A stretch of 64,000 nucleotides of DNA from Catajapyx aquilonaris (taxonomy: Eukaryota). Below the pieces are notes generated by a model. It was not told the DNA's origin, did not search any database, and was given only the letters and a program-made list of their open reading frames with translations. The DNA is taken from contig KZ538088.1 in assembly GCA_000934665.2 (NCBI GenBank), positions 62,001 through 126,000 of the forward strand, written 5' to 3'. A program made the translations under genes and the position numbers. Positions 38,138-52,200 of the stretch are shown here, piece by piece. The first letter of the stretch is position 1. Every line of letters starts with the position of its first letter.

Positions 38138-41100
38138 TCACCACAGGCGCTGGTGGGTGAACTTGAGGTCGCGGTAGGGTGTGGCTTCGGAGCAGATGGA
38201 TTGGGAGGGAGACATGGAGAGCGGCGGGGAGAGGTTGGGGGCAGGAGAGGAGGCTGGTGTCGGGGAGGGGGAAGGGGAGGAAGGGCGACGAGGTTGATAC
38301 TGCTGCTTATCATTGCCATTGTACGCGTCTCCGCTTGGCTGTACAGCGGAGGCAGGACGAGACTTGACCAGGCCCTGTATAGATGGGGTAACGGTGCACT
38401 CGCTGGAAGAAACAAAAATTACCAATCAATATCTTCAGAATGCTTGAACAATTTTCACTGAGATATAGAAAAGCATAGCAAAGACTGCATACACTTGGTA
38501 CATTGGTAACAACAAAAACTTGCCCATCACAAATTCTGTTTTGTCCCAAAGACAAATTTCCAATGGATTTTTGTTACATATTGCACACTTTTTCAGTTTT
38601 TTGTGTTTTGTTTTGAAAAACAGCAAGACAGAGACTTCACTCTAAATGAGGTTCACATCTTGGTTCTATTTGAATGCAGCCAAGGACAAAATACGGAAAA
38701 CATGCCATAGTGGTATTGATCCTACTTGATAATAATCATTCTCATTTGTCTATAGACAACCTTGACTGTATGAGTTTGGTGCAAATAAAATGGCTCTGTA
38801 CTAAATTTAATTTGCAAATCGCCAAGTTGAGTTTCGACCACTTGTAATGAGCATGCTAGCAGCGCTTCACTCCTCTGAAGGAAGTATAATTCTCTGGATG
38901 GCAAGTGGCCAAATCATCATGTTATTTAAAGTATTCAATGGATCTCAATGACCTGAAAACGTTTTCATTCGAATGAGGTCCCTAGTCCATCCCCTAACAA
39001 CGCAGAGTATCCATATTTTATGGCATGCACAAACATGCACGAAAATCTGTAGGTTGTCAATCTTGCATTACTTCATGACTTTTGAGGCTTTTGCCAACCT
39101 ATTACCTGTGGCTAACCCGTCATATGATAAGAGATCAATACATAAACAACAGAATAGTTGGAGGCCTGTCAATGTTCCGCATGCATGGAACTGATATTGA
39201 TTCCACCCTACCTCACACTAACACCTCCCTCCCACAGCAATGGACAATCAATACCAACGTCTGGAACACTTGGAAAGATAACTAGATCTAGACATTCCTC
39301 TCGTAAATCAATGAAAATGGCAACCACACTGCAAAAAAATTTGCCCTTCTTTGCATCACTTTAAAATATTAACCATGGGCCAAGTTGCTTATCGAAACGT
39401 AAATGTTGCCAAAATATTCCCCCAGAATTATGGCATAAAAATGTACCTTAGCTGCTTCGCTAGATTCTCACTCTTGATGCCCTGATTCCTTGATGGAACC
39501 CTACCACCTCCCAACACCGGGGAGTGTGGGCAAGATGTGTCGGTGTCTCCCTTCCTTCCGCCATCGGAGCCCCCGTTACTGTGCATGATCTCTGCCATGG
39601 TGGTCCTGTGGCCCACTCCAGATCCCAATCCGGCCACACCTTGACCAACGGCAGACCCAACAGTGGGGGTCATGCTTCCCATTCCAGTCTGGCGGCAAAA
39701 GGGGAGGCGCGGAGTGTAGAAGTGAGTGTCCTCCAGCTGCATAGCACCTGAGTTGTGCCTCTTCCCATTGGCAACTGAGCCTTTCTCGTTTTCAGCCTTT
39801 TCAGCCACACTTGCACGCCTGCTTGCCACACCTACACTCCAGTCTGGAAAATGTACATTTCAGATGTAGCAGAATTGCAAGGCTTATATTAGCGCACTGG
39901 CAAGTCAGTGTCCAACCCACACATGTGATAAAAAGACACAGCATTTTTTTGACAGGCACAGAGAGAACTTGGGGTAATTTTTTTTGCAAAATTACTGACT
40001 GTGCAGCATCACCACATGGCTCAATAAAGCAAGTTAAGGCAACATGCAATAAACTTGCAATAAATTTACAAAATTTGGCCATTGGCATCCTGATGCTTGT
40101 GTAAGAATAACTGCTATTTTTAATAATTCCACTAAAAACTTTCCTCACATATTTTAAAATATACTCTGTGCCATTTAACCACTTACATCAATTTTCTCAA
40201 TGTACATACCGACTTGCCCATCAAAGAACCCTTCAAAGATGACAAAGTTGTTGATCTGCGGGATGGAGTGAGTCAGCTTGTAGTGCTTCCTCAGAAAGCA
40301 GAGGAACTTGTCAGAAGGCCTGTCCACTGCCAGATGGTGCGCTCGAATCCTAAGATCATCTAGCATGTGCTCAAAAAGCCTGCGTCCACAGCCGATCCTC
40401 TGCTTAGACTCGTGCACGTAAAAGTCGAGCACACACATGGGAATCTTTTCATGCTGGGACCCATTCTGGTCATAGACAAACAGCTTCTTTGGGCCAATCT
40501 TCAGAAACCCAATGACTTCCGCACGGTTCCGATCCGTCATGAAGTAGATGAAGTGGTCCGAGAACTTGAGGCGGTCTGCGTTTGTGATCACCTGGTGCAG
40601 CTGTTGGGCCAGCGCAGATGCATTTCCCATGTCATCCAGCACCACACGCATCTCATCCTGCAGGCGCTTCAGCTCTTCATTCGACCAACGGAGTCGTTCA
40701 TTCCAAATTTTCATCGGCAAGAGACGATTATCCACCTTTCAAGGGTTAAAAGTATACACATAATAATGTAGGCTGTTTATGCAACATACCATATTACCTC
40801 GCAAAAAGCGGCATGCCAGTATAAAACGAGGTTGACCAGCATGCTGGTATAACCCTGGGGTGGCCAGCATGCTGCAATAACTGAGGTAGAGAGCCCCATC
40901 ATTTTGATCCTTGCCCAATATTCATATACTTTTTTGAAATGCTTCTGGTACTGTACTGGTGTACTATTCGGTTAAAATGGGTGGGTACGGGGCTGTGAGA
41001 ATTTGCAACTTCTGCTGCACAGTGAATAGTGTGTGGACCAAATGATCCCATAGTCAACTTGCTTTGAGAAGGGAACCCCATACTCCAACACAATGGATCA

Positions 41101-42288
41101 AGGCAAACTCCTTTAACAGTCTTTCCCTTTGCTCAATAGCTTGCTGCTTGCAAGTCTCGCTGATTCTATACTTCAGGCACACTGTGTGGTTGGCAGTTAA
41201 TAATAATATCAGTAATATTAATAAATGAAAGGGTCAATTTCAAAAAATTGTGCTTCCCAAAAAATCATCAAAGTGAAAGTGATATTTAACTTGTAAAGTG
41301 CTCAATGTACTCTACAATGCACTGAAAACACAGATTATTGCCAGACACTGCAATTGAAAACAATAAACGGCACCCTATTATATTAGGAAAATGTGCCTTT
41401 TCCATAGCTTTCACGTGGTATTTTCGATTTCAGACAAATGTCAAGTTCAGAAAGTCTTATGACAATGTAAGTGAAAACCACGCCTTATACCGGCATATCT
41501 CACTTATAGCCACCAGATCATGCATTTCTAAAAACTGGTCGACCTCAACTACACCAGCATGTGGTGACATGGTCATTTCTTAAACCATCCAATGCATTTC
41601 TCAACAAAGGTGTGTCATTTAAATATTCACTACATGTGACAGCACAGTATTTTTACAAAATCAAGAGCACACAAAGTACTATATTATCTCATCCTGTTTC
41701 TGCATTACGCAATTATACACCCAGAGCAATCAACATGCGATCAGCGAGCAATTGGCTGTCGCTGACTCAAACTTTCCCTGAATAATTCGCATCAGCCTGC
41801 CCCTTCAGGCTAATAAATAACTGATGCCCCCATGTGGATTGCATGTGCATGGAACATGCACTCATGACACTGCGATGACAGGATGGTTTGCGCAATTTGG
41901 AATTGAAAAGGTGGCCAAATAATGGCACTCAGACACTTCCAGGAGTAAGGTAGCAGACCTGGGAACCAAAGTAGCCTCGTCCACAGGAGGATGATTATCT
42001 TCCTGGCAGGTGGTGAGGAAGCTAGGCCCTCTCATGGAGGCTATTTTGAGCTTCAGGCCTTACTCCTGGAAGTGGCTGTACATGACACGGTTGATGTAAC
42101 CCTTTGGAATAGCGTAAGGGGCCATTGACACATCCCCTCCCAAAGTAGGCTCATCTGGTTCCAAATGAGGCTACCCCCTGCACAGAGCCTTATATGGTCC
42201 ACTTTCCCTTCCCTCGTCCTGTGCTCAACCCACGTACCTTCACATACTCCTCTCTGAACAGCTCGTTCACATCGAACGGGAACTCCAT
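38138..42288 (-). CDS. ATAT1: Alpha-tubulin N-acetyltransferase 1 (MEC-17 family), about 412 aa
   Basis: Exons 42288-42238 (MEFPFDVNELFREEYVK), 40735-40210 (MGNASALAQQL, GFLKIGPKKLFVYD, CVLDFYVHESKQRIGCG, DRPSDKFLCFLRKHY, PQINNFVIFEGFF), 39843-39447 and 38402-38138 (low-complexity tail ending RDLKFTHQRLW). Phases consistent, 1239 nt. Confidence 0.93.
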
Positions 42289-42534
42289 CCTTCTTATTCC
42301 TTCTGTTGGGGGGGGGCTCTCTGTCCCTTATTATTGTGTCGACCGTCCGCTGCACGCCCCGTTCTCTCTCTCTTCTTCTTCCTCCCTTCGCTGGCTGTTT
42401 CACCCGTTGGCTTCTTCTTCACTCGACCACGACCAACCCCTGCGCCGCCATTGCCGCCGACCCGATTTTCCTCCTCCTCTTTTTTTCCCTCCTCCGCAGC
42501 CCTTCCTTTTCAACTTCTGCGCCGCTCTACCCAC

Positions 42535-42570
42535 GTGACGTCACTCATGATGTCATCCCAGTGACGTCAC
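42535..42570. promoter_or_regulatory. Paired CRE/ATF palindromes upstream of ATAT1
   Basis: GTGACGTCAC at 42535-42544 and 42561-42570, with a near-match TGATGTCA between them, about 250-280 bp 5' of the ATAT1 ATG. Confidence 0.55.
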
Positions 42571-43279
42571 ACCGGGTCGATGTTCCAATTCGCACCCTGC
42601 CAGCCGCACAATTCGAACAGGTGTTGTTGTTGTTGTGGACGGTATGCAGGAGGTGACAACAACCGCAAGTGTATGCAAGGGATAGTTAACGGGGAACAAG
42701 CAGACCGCAGCTGGCAGCTGGCATTGTTGCTGTTTGCGAGTCGCAGAAGGGGCGCTTCCGGCATCATATGGTCACATTTTGCGCAATCTGGCGCACATGC
42801 TTTTTTACGCGATAATAATAGCAGCAGACGGATCCCGAGCGTACACGCATCGACCAAACTGCCTGCAGCAACGAGATTAATAATCTTGGAAGGTAGCAAC
42901 CAGATCAAGCCCTTCCTGTGCTTAAAATGCATTCGCCTGGCGACCTGGCCACTTGCAAGTGTTGCAACCCACATTTGGTTGTCACCAGTTGTGGGTCACG
43001 AAAATCGACACGAAAATCCGGACTTGAATTGCCGCACATGAGGAGCAGCGGGATAGTAGACAAGTAGATGTCCAACACCTGCCATGCATCCAATATGCAT
43101 AGAGACGAATTTGAACAATATTTTAATCAATCAAAAAAAAAATCAATCAACTTCTGCCCACATTTCTGGTGCAGGAGTGGCCGAGAGGTCACGTAGGTAC
43201 AGCAAAATGTGGCATTTGCTTGTATAGCAGCTGTGACAAAACTGGACAAAAATTATTATTGAAGTGCACATCATGGTGG

Positions 43280-43522
43280 AAACAAGATTGGTCGACGTTT
43301 TCTCACTGGACAGAACGAGGGAATTGGAGCCTGTCTGTAAATTGACCTTGGCGGATAGAGTGAACCAGGAAAACTGGAAGTTGGACATGGAACGATTTTG
43401 GTCATGCTGAATCCGAATCCTAAAACGATTTGTCGCTATCTCTTGCGGTTTAGGCCCTGATACCTGTCCACAGACGGACAGAGCCGTTCTATAATACTTT
43501 TTCTCATGAGAAAAAGTTTTAA
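43280..43522 (+). mobile_element. DINE-1/HINE-like (Helentron-associated) remnant
   Basis: aaacaag near the 5' end, a cagacggacaga microsatellite-like stretch, then ctataat and a terminal 22-bp palindrome actttttctcatgagaaaaagt (43496-43517) followed by tttaa. Called on architecture only. Confidence 0.4.
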
Positions 43523-46212
43523 GCGGCGCGTTACTATCTAACAATTGCACAGCTCATCGATTTATCGGTATCGGATTTTTCAATAAAGTTTCGGGGAATT
43601 GATTCCGATAGTTTGGGAGGAAACTCGTTAGTGGAGCAAACTTGGAGGACGCGCCGTTATGAATACAGGGCATGACGTAGCAGATATATTGTTCGGTTCA
43701 AATTTTGCTTCATTATGTTCTTCCTTGGTATTTTTTCAGGCGCCTTTGCTTCATTATTTTCGTCTCGGAGACGGAAAACTATACCGTTAGAACCGGTTCT
43801 ATATTAGTCTCCCGTTTCCATCATTCAGTTCAAAAGCAATATTAACTTCATTTTTTTGTCCAATAACGAAGGATCGCGATCAGGCGAAAATGTGCGAGCC
43901 AAATATGAACCTGCTGGCGTTCATTTTTTTTTTTTTACAATTCCAGCCCAACCTTGGCGCGTATTCTTCCTTCTCCTCATAAATCTCAAAAACGATTCCG
44001 TAGCAACAACGGTTTGAAATTCCTCGTTCCGCACTGGGGTATGAAAGGGGCTTCCATTCAGTCACAGTCCACGTCCTGCCAACCAATTACACTTCCGGGT
44101 TGTGACGTCATCCTATGCACAGATAGTACCCCTCCTCCCACCTTTTCCTGTGTGCGTCTAGTCCTGCAGTCGATGACCGTGTGAGATTCACCCATGCGAA
44201 AAAACAACCGCAACTTTAATTAGAGCAGCCTTGGCCAGTTGGCCTATTAATACTATAATTACACAGCAAGAGACTGATCCGTACTATTTAAAAACACCCT
44301 GTATCTTATTTTAGTAGTGTCCCAGTATGGATTCAAAAAAGTGCAAATATTACAAAAATAATAATTCGTATGAAATTCTATCGGGAGAAAAACATGCTAA
44401 TCGCCAATTGGCGGTTAACATGTTTTCCTCTCGAGCCTTTCATTTCATACCATATTTTTTTTGTAATATTTCCCCCATATGAGCACCATATCTTACATAA
44501 TAAAGCACAAAGTTCACCTATACCTAATCCACTTCCTGACAATAAGTGCGCTGAAACTTATGTACAGTACCACATAAAAATCCCATAGAGTCAAATTTGT
44601 CATTTTTGGCAAGTTTTTCTGCAATATTTCCCCAATTTCGAGCGCCATACCGCACCATTTTAGCAGTAGTTTGCATTCAAGGGACGTCAGATATTTTGTA
44701 TGCGACGAAGTTAACGGAATTCGCGTCACGTCTCAGTCTGGAAAACTTTCCTTTCTGAACCCACTGCGTCTTCTTAATCAGCGCGATTAAGGCGCAGAAA
44801 AAATTCGCAGGGCTTGAACGCCTCTTGAATGAATGGAGGAAGGAATTTGTAGCCGGTGGTTTGCCAGAGCGATTAATGAGCGAAGAATGTAAAAAGGGGG
44901 GGGAAAACCGTGTTTGTAGGATGGGCCGAGCGTTTTAGGGCGTGAGCGAATCTGCGCCGATTGGCATGACGGGGGAGCCCATTTATACCACCGAAAGCAC
45001 CGAAAGTGCTTCTGGAACTTGATTAACGGCAACAGGTGGGCCATTAAAGTCCCGCTTTCGGCTATAACACCTCTTGACTTGCATCAAAAGGCTGCGGGAT
45101 ATCCAGCAGCATTGGGAGGAATAAAGAAAACAGTGGTAAAAAGGAACTGTTTAATTTCCGGTCCTGATCTTGACACTTTACGGTATGGTACATGTAATTA
45201 CAGGTGCATGTACTGGTGGCAGATATGGCAAAAGCAACGTGTTAATGGCACTAATTAGTGACGACAAATTATAACACTAGAATTAGGAACATTTGTGTTT
45301 AAAAGCAGTACAAAGGTACAAAAATGTGTGAACACTTTGGTTTAAACTCTTGACTCTCGTAATGCCCTTGTTGCTAATTATGCTAAGCGCTTAAAGCTAT
45401 ATACGTGTGTGTCTGGACTACAAAAAATTTAAATCAACGTTCTGCTTTAAGTAACCCGTTCAGTCTTCACTGAGGGATAATGTCGAATTTAAAACAAGCT
45501 AAGTACACTTTTCCTGTGGAAAAAAAGTGCTGCCTCTTTGTTTTGTCAAATATGGGGGGTTATAAGACCTAGTTGTGTGAACGCAAATCTCAGATTACGC
45601 GTACTGTTCGTAATTTATAATTTGTGTTGACACAACCAGACCTAAATTAGTAATAAACTATCAGACAAAATTTTTAAAACTTCTCACTGCCTTCTAATTT
45701 TGGTTTACAAATTTTGTTAGTTCGTTATAATTTTTCACAATTGTACAATAATTTATTTTTACGAATCTATTTCCTAACCGTCATTTTTGTATGCGTCGAA
45801 TCATCTTAAAAGTACGGCCTGACGTCACACTTGTCATTAATATGCAATGGCACAAAAATGTGACGTCAGTCCAAACTTTAGCCGTATCAAATATGGCTCT
45901 CCACTAAAATCAGATGGTAATGAACAATGGCACTTGATCCGGGTATCAGATCAACACAATAATTATCAGATCAATAATACTGTAGTATGCATTTACATAA
46001 CGCCAACAACTCTGGTCCGCCTATCTCTCCCCCAATTGACAAGCATTTACGCCAGTGAGAATTGTCCATCAGCTTAGCATACCCGCAGCAAAAAAGTGGT
46101 CCATAATTATACCTAACAGTAATCTCATTAAAGGAATGGCAGTTTCATGTAAATGAACGTGACTATAGACTGGAAAATAATGGCAACGAAAATTCTTTTG
46201 GCACCCGTCACA

Positions 46213-49200
46213 CTAGAGTTCATCCTTGTACGAAGGTCGCTGCTCCGAGCCCGAATCATCTGGACCCCGGGGCGGCCCCTGCGACTGGCAATCCACCATC
46301 GAGTTCTGGCACTTGTTCTCCTCTTCCGGAAGAACGACCCCTGATTCCTCGGTGTCGCTAATGTACCCATTTTCTCCAAGGTAGTGCGTCGGGTACACCA
46401 GCAGAGGAGCAGCCGAAAATGCCCTCAGGTCACGGGTCGGATAATGCGCCTTCCATGTCTCCCTGCAACAATTAATTTGCTACATATAACCCGATTTCAA
46501 CTCTCAAAATTGAACCGCCCGCTCCAGTCATGGGTTCACCCACCAACCGGCAGATGTCATCCGCATGCTGGAAATTCGCGCTCAGGAATTTCGCCGTGCA
46601 TTACATTTACTTCCTTTCAGCACCATTTAGATTCTTAACCAGAGAAAGGGTCCCCAGAAAACGTGATCTGAGGCGCAAAGTGCCGTATTCGCGCTCTTTC
46701 TGGGGTGAGAACAACGTATATGGCCGACCTGGGCAACATTCCCATCCACTTCCTTTTATAGCCGAAACCGAGAGAAGAAGTTCATATTGGGAGTGGCGGC
46801 ACTAAAGAATTTTTGATTACAGGCCTTCTCGGGTTTGCATAAAACATTGCCCAGGCCCGCTTCTAGATAAGGAAGAAGAAAAAAAAAGTTAGGCTGAAAA
46901 GCAAATATGGACAGAAGGAGATATCGGGTATTCTCTGGGGCAGCTTTTTGTGCACTCAAAAGAAACGAAAAACCTGGATTCCCCAGTAGGACTGGCTGCC
47001 ACTTACTCTGGATGCCGGTCGAACATGATGGGAAGGTACTCGTCCACCGGGACCATCTTGTCCAGGGGATCAGCTGCCAGCAACTTCTTGGCGCCTTTCA
47101 AGCTGATTATGTAGCACAGAGTCCAGTAGGAATAGTCCACCCAAACGAGCTGTCGGGCACCGTCAACCCAGGGCTCGTACATATCGTTCTGGCGTTTCCT
47201 TCCCAGGTAGCTAAAACCCAAACATTAACCACTCATTAAACTAATCACGGATAATCTTTCCCCTAATAAGCTCATTCTCTCCGTCGGATGTTTGTCAGAC
47301 GTGATAGTATCGGTTTTTCTCGCACGACCTGAGCGTGGCGGGAGTGTGCAGAGGAAGGGTGGGCCATCTATGCCTAAATAATAGTACTACGTGGAAAATC
47401 GGCGGGCCATCGCATTAAATATTGGTTAATTGTCACTGTTATACTGATTTATATGTTTTGCCCCCATTTTGGCAACGGGTCCACTAGTTTGAATGTAGTC
47501 TATTTTCTGCAATGCTGCGACTGGAGATCATCGAGGCAACACAGTGATTGCTATATTCCAACAGCGCAGCGGTCACAACATTGCGTTTTTTTTTGCACAT
47601 ATCCACAAATCATCGGGTGTTGGCAGGTGGTACGTGGACACTTTTTGTAAACTGCCGGCAATTACTGAGAAATATTGCGGGTCAACCTCAGGGGCATTCG
47701 CAGAAATAATGAACGACTGGATGTGATTCCAGCACTTTGTTTTTTCTCTCGCCGATTATTTTTTGTTGTTAACCCCCCATCGGAACCACGTGCAGCGATA
47801 TTTCGATGGCAACAGATGAGAGTATCCGTGAATGGCGCTTGCTACGTCGGGAAAACGGTACTGCATGGTGCGCTGATAGGATTTCCAATCGAGGCTCGGA
47901 CAATTGAGGCACTGCCCTGCCGTATTCTATATGCATCGGCACAGCGATTCCAGTTGTGGCCTGTACAAATTGAAAGACCATTACCGTCGAATCAGGACAT
48001 TGATGGCCACCGACTCTGTTTTGCTGCTCCTAAATGAAAGGAACTTTTCAGCCTGGCAGTGGAAAAGGCGTTCGGGGTCAGTAATAAACAGAATAACTCA
48101 TTGCTGAAATATACAGCCAGTACAAGTTGGATGAAGTTATGCACAAATTCTGAATAATTCAATTTCGCACATGTTTTAGAATGACTGTACTGTTACGACT
48201 TGGGAAAGTGCATCTGGACCTGACATGGACTTGTCCAGAACTTACAGTTTTTTTTTTTTCGCCAGTGCAAATATACCAAATGTCCACAAAAAGTGCACAA
48301 AAGGGAAGGCGCTGCTTTTCGTTTGGCGCAATGACATTCACTCTCTCAAAATGCAACTGGGTGAAAGTGACGATAAATACAGCACTATGCAGACTCGCAG
48401 TAGGACATTGGAAGCTGGCATGCACAAATCCCGTTCCTTTTAATCCCCCAGAGTTCTGCATGCGTGGGTATTCTTTAAAAAAAAAAAGCATCGATAATCC
48501 ACTCCAATCTAGATTCGCATCCTGGTATTACCCACGCCACTTGTTCCATATAATTCCTGGAAAAAGCTTAAAACATGGTCCATTTCCCTTCCGGAAGTGC
48601 TGTATCAGCTGACAGCAGGACAACCCGCGCCATGTACAATCCCACTGCCAATATTGCGGTTTCAAATTCAAAACCCAGTTTTCCCCCCAGCTGAGTGCAA
48701 TACAAATGCAAAATCAGGACCCCTGTCAGTGCATGTGTGACCTGCTCCGTTTAGAGCCATAAAAAGCTTATCCGGCTGTCTAAGACTATACACCTCTTAG
48801 AGAACTTGAAATATACATGACGGTCAACGTGCCCCGGATAAATTCACGACGTGTCTTCCCAATTCCGACAGCCGTAAACGTGAGGCTGTAACATCGCGAC
48901 AATAGCACTAAATTAATTAAACCCATAGTCAAGTCTCCAGATCCTGCTAAGATCATTACTAGGCCGGGTAATGAAGCACATTACGACTCCAGCACAGCCG
49001 GCTAAATCTTTCGATAATGGTTGACCCCCATGGAAAAGACGGATGGGTGCCGATGACCTGGGCAATAATGGCAGGACATTAAAAAGGACGTGCATACTAA
49101 TTAGAACGCACCAGCGGGGAAGGGTATTATTATACTGAAAAATGTACAGTTCCTCGCATGACAAGCCTGCTGCATGCGAAATGAACTCTGCAGAGTTTCC

Positions 49201-52200
49201 TGTAATTTCTGCAAGGACTGAACGCCGCGGGAAGCAGTCTCACTTTTTTTCCAGCAGTTTCTGGGGAAAAGTTGCTGCTACACAACATCTGCAGGTTACA
49301 CTAATGCTCCACATGTCACTCCCAGCAGCTATAGTTTTGTTTGTTTTCCTGGGCCGAGTTGACTCCTCTTCGAACCAGTTTTTTTGTCACCCTTAATTTG
49401 GCGAAATATATTCAGGAGGCAGGATTTGCAATGAAGAACAGTATCAACTAAGAGTTTGCGAGGAGGATGCACATTAGGCTTACAATATGACGCGACTAAT
49501 GGGGCTGAAGAGCAATCTTGTCGGAAAATTATCCTACGTTTTCTAAAAAGGGGTAAGAGGGGAAAGCGGCTCTTTGAAGAACTTAATCTTCCTCTCTATA
49601 CGTGGAAGGGCTCAACTGAATAAGCCACCTCTCTCCTATGGCAAAATCCTCAGAGAAGGATTCTATACTAGATTCAATGATCGCATGCAGGTAGAACTAT
49701 CACGTCTCCAGGCAACGCCGGATCACCGGGACCGAATCCTCCGCAGAAAACCCGTAAGTGAAGAAGGCACCTCAGGATTACAAAGGAAAAGAAAAAAGAA
49801 CCTACGATTGGCTTCCGCATCGATAACTCCTAATTTAACCTTGCCATCAGACTCGGCCCGGAGAAGAGCTACAGTAAATACACTCTGAATCAACTGTACA
49901 GAGTTGTCTCTGGCCGCTAGCAAAATTTTTCTGTAAATAACAAACAAGCTCACATGAGATCCCAATCCAGCTGCAGATATGTGGCTTCTTGCACTAGGCT
50001 CTGCACTTTGTGGCGGAAGTAAGGCTCGAATCGGATATCATCTTCGAAGACGATTGCATTCTGGAGATTTCTCACCACCATCTGAAAATGGGTCGAATTT
50101 CCTAATGATCTCGGCAGGGTGAACCGCCAACAAAATCGAAGAGACGATTCTTACCTCTCTCCATATGTTGTAATGGCTCAAGAAGCACCCAATTTCCCCA
50201 AAAGTCATCGGCCTGGAAGAGAGAGAAAATTTGAACCAAAAAAATACACTAGGATACTATACCACAAGTTTTGGATGACGTCATTTGCGATCTAAATCCT
50301 CTAGGCTCGCCTTGGAAACGCGGCCCATATAATGAACTAATTATATTGGACATGTTGCAAGGAAAGACAGCAGACTTGAAGAAAACACTTGCCCACCAAA
50401 CAAAGTAAAACTTTGGAATAAAGGTGGGATTAAGAAAGGCTTCTTCAAAATGCCGGGCTCGTTTGAGAAATTATTTCCCAATCAAGTCACGTTCCGCCTA
50501 GAAATATCTTTTAAAACATTAAGTCAACCCTTAACAACGACTGAAGCGCTAATTGGAATCTTCGCGAATACAGAATAAAACGATTTGCGTCATACCCACA
50601 AACATTTTGCATGGCCAGTATTAATTAAGATTTATACCGTCAAACGGAGTGCTGAGATTGTGCGCTTGTGCCACTTTTGGACGTTTTTCTGGCAAGCAAA
50701 ACCAGAGTAATTGATATATCGGAACGAATATTTTACACAACATTGCTGCACATCTCACCTTTCAGATCATACGTGAAAATCATTTTTATATACTAAGGGA
50801 GGGGATATATAAATTCTTTCCCGTGCCACAATTTTACCCCATCGAGTGGGGTGAGATTGGGTCAGCCTATTTAAATGCTTGAAATCAATAGGAAACTAGT
50901 AATGGGTATACCGTCCGTAAAAATTAGCATCTTTAATATGCGAAAAAAACATTTTTTGAAACATGGTGCAATTAGATAAAAAGTGAAGGTGGCGAGGCGA
51001 GATTGTGCCACTGTTTTTCCCCCATTATTTCCATGATTTTCATGTGTGACAGTGATGGGAATGGTTGACGTGAAGAAGATCGGTCGGACGCTTCGGCAGA
51101 AATCATGGCTAACATGTCTGCGATGAAAAAAAAAGAGTAGATAATTGGATGTGAGCAAAGCGATCAGACGAGGAGTACTGCAGCTAGCGCAACGGCGACG
51201 AAAAAGAACATCGAATTGGAGTGTGGAATGGAGAATAAAATCGGATGGCCCACGTCCGCGAAAATCAAACTGGGTGGAGGAAAGGAAAAATTAATATAAT
51301 TATGCATTTTTAACCGAAATAACGTTAATGATTTAACGGAGTAACGGTTTATTAACGGAATATGCCTAATTTCGCTAATTTACGCATGCTGCCAAGTAGG
51401 GTGAGTTGTTGTCCCAAAAAACGCACTGGCTCAATCTCACCCCACCTGGCACAATCTCACGGTATGCGTGAAAACGGCGCACGTCATTGATAGTCGCAAC
51501 ATTACTTGTGCGTCTCCAGGCATAAACCAAGCCGAGTAATGTCGTCAAGATGAATGTCGCCCCAAAGCAGCAGAGTATTTACTCTGGTTCCTCCCCCGAT
51601 AGGGTGACAAAATATCATTAGAGGCAACAGAAATGAGCTCTCGCCAGATGCGCCGACACGTACTCTGAAAGCGATGCAAAACCTTTCTCCTTTTTGTGTC
51701 ACAACGTGCTTTCTGTCTGGAATATACACCCCAAAATGTGGCGGATAACGTGTACCCGCAGGGTTCCGTCAGATCAAAGAGGATTGGCCTCCTGCCAAAG
51801 AGCTATGATTTGTCTGAAATCTACGGGATTATCAGCCTCCAGCCTCCTTTTTGCCCTATCTTTCGGGTCCTGTACGCCAAACACCGCTGTTCGCAATATA
51901 ATCTCCGCCTGCATTTTGCCAGAGGTCTACAACACTCTGAAGGATCAAAATTGTCTTCATTTCAACTGGTTTATCAGCCGAAGCATGCCTAATAGAGTAA
52001 CAAGCACTCCAGACACTGAGCACCTGAAGTCTGAGCCACCTGCAACACAAAAGGACCCGAAGTTTTGCCTGCGCCCAAGGATGTTTAATGAACGTGATCC
52101 ATTTCGTTCGAAGTAATATTAATGTCGGCTCAGGTCGGATCATAAATTTCATTTCATCAAATATGGCTGAATGTCGTGAGCATTACAATAGTGCGCATAA

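Noticed and set aside
40736..40756. U12-like branch sequence (ttttaac) at the ATAT1 intron 1 acceptor
   Set aside because: The donor is GTACGT (U2 type), not GTATCC.
51694..52116. YPQGSV peptide resembling the LINE reverse transcriptase GVPQGS motif
   Set aside because: No YADD or other RT motifs nearby; likely chance.
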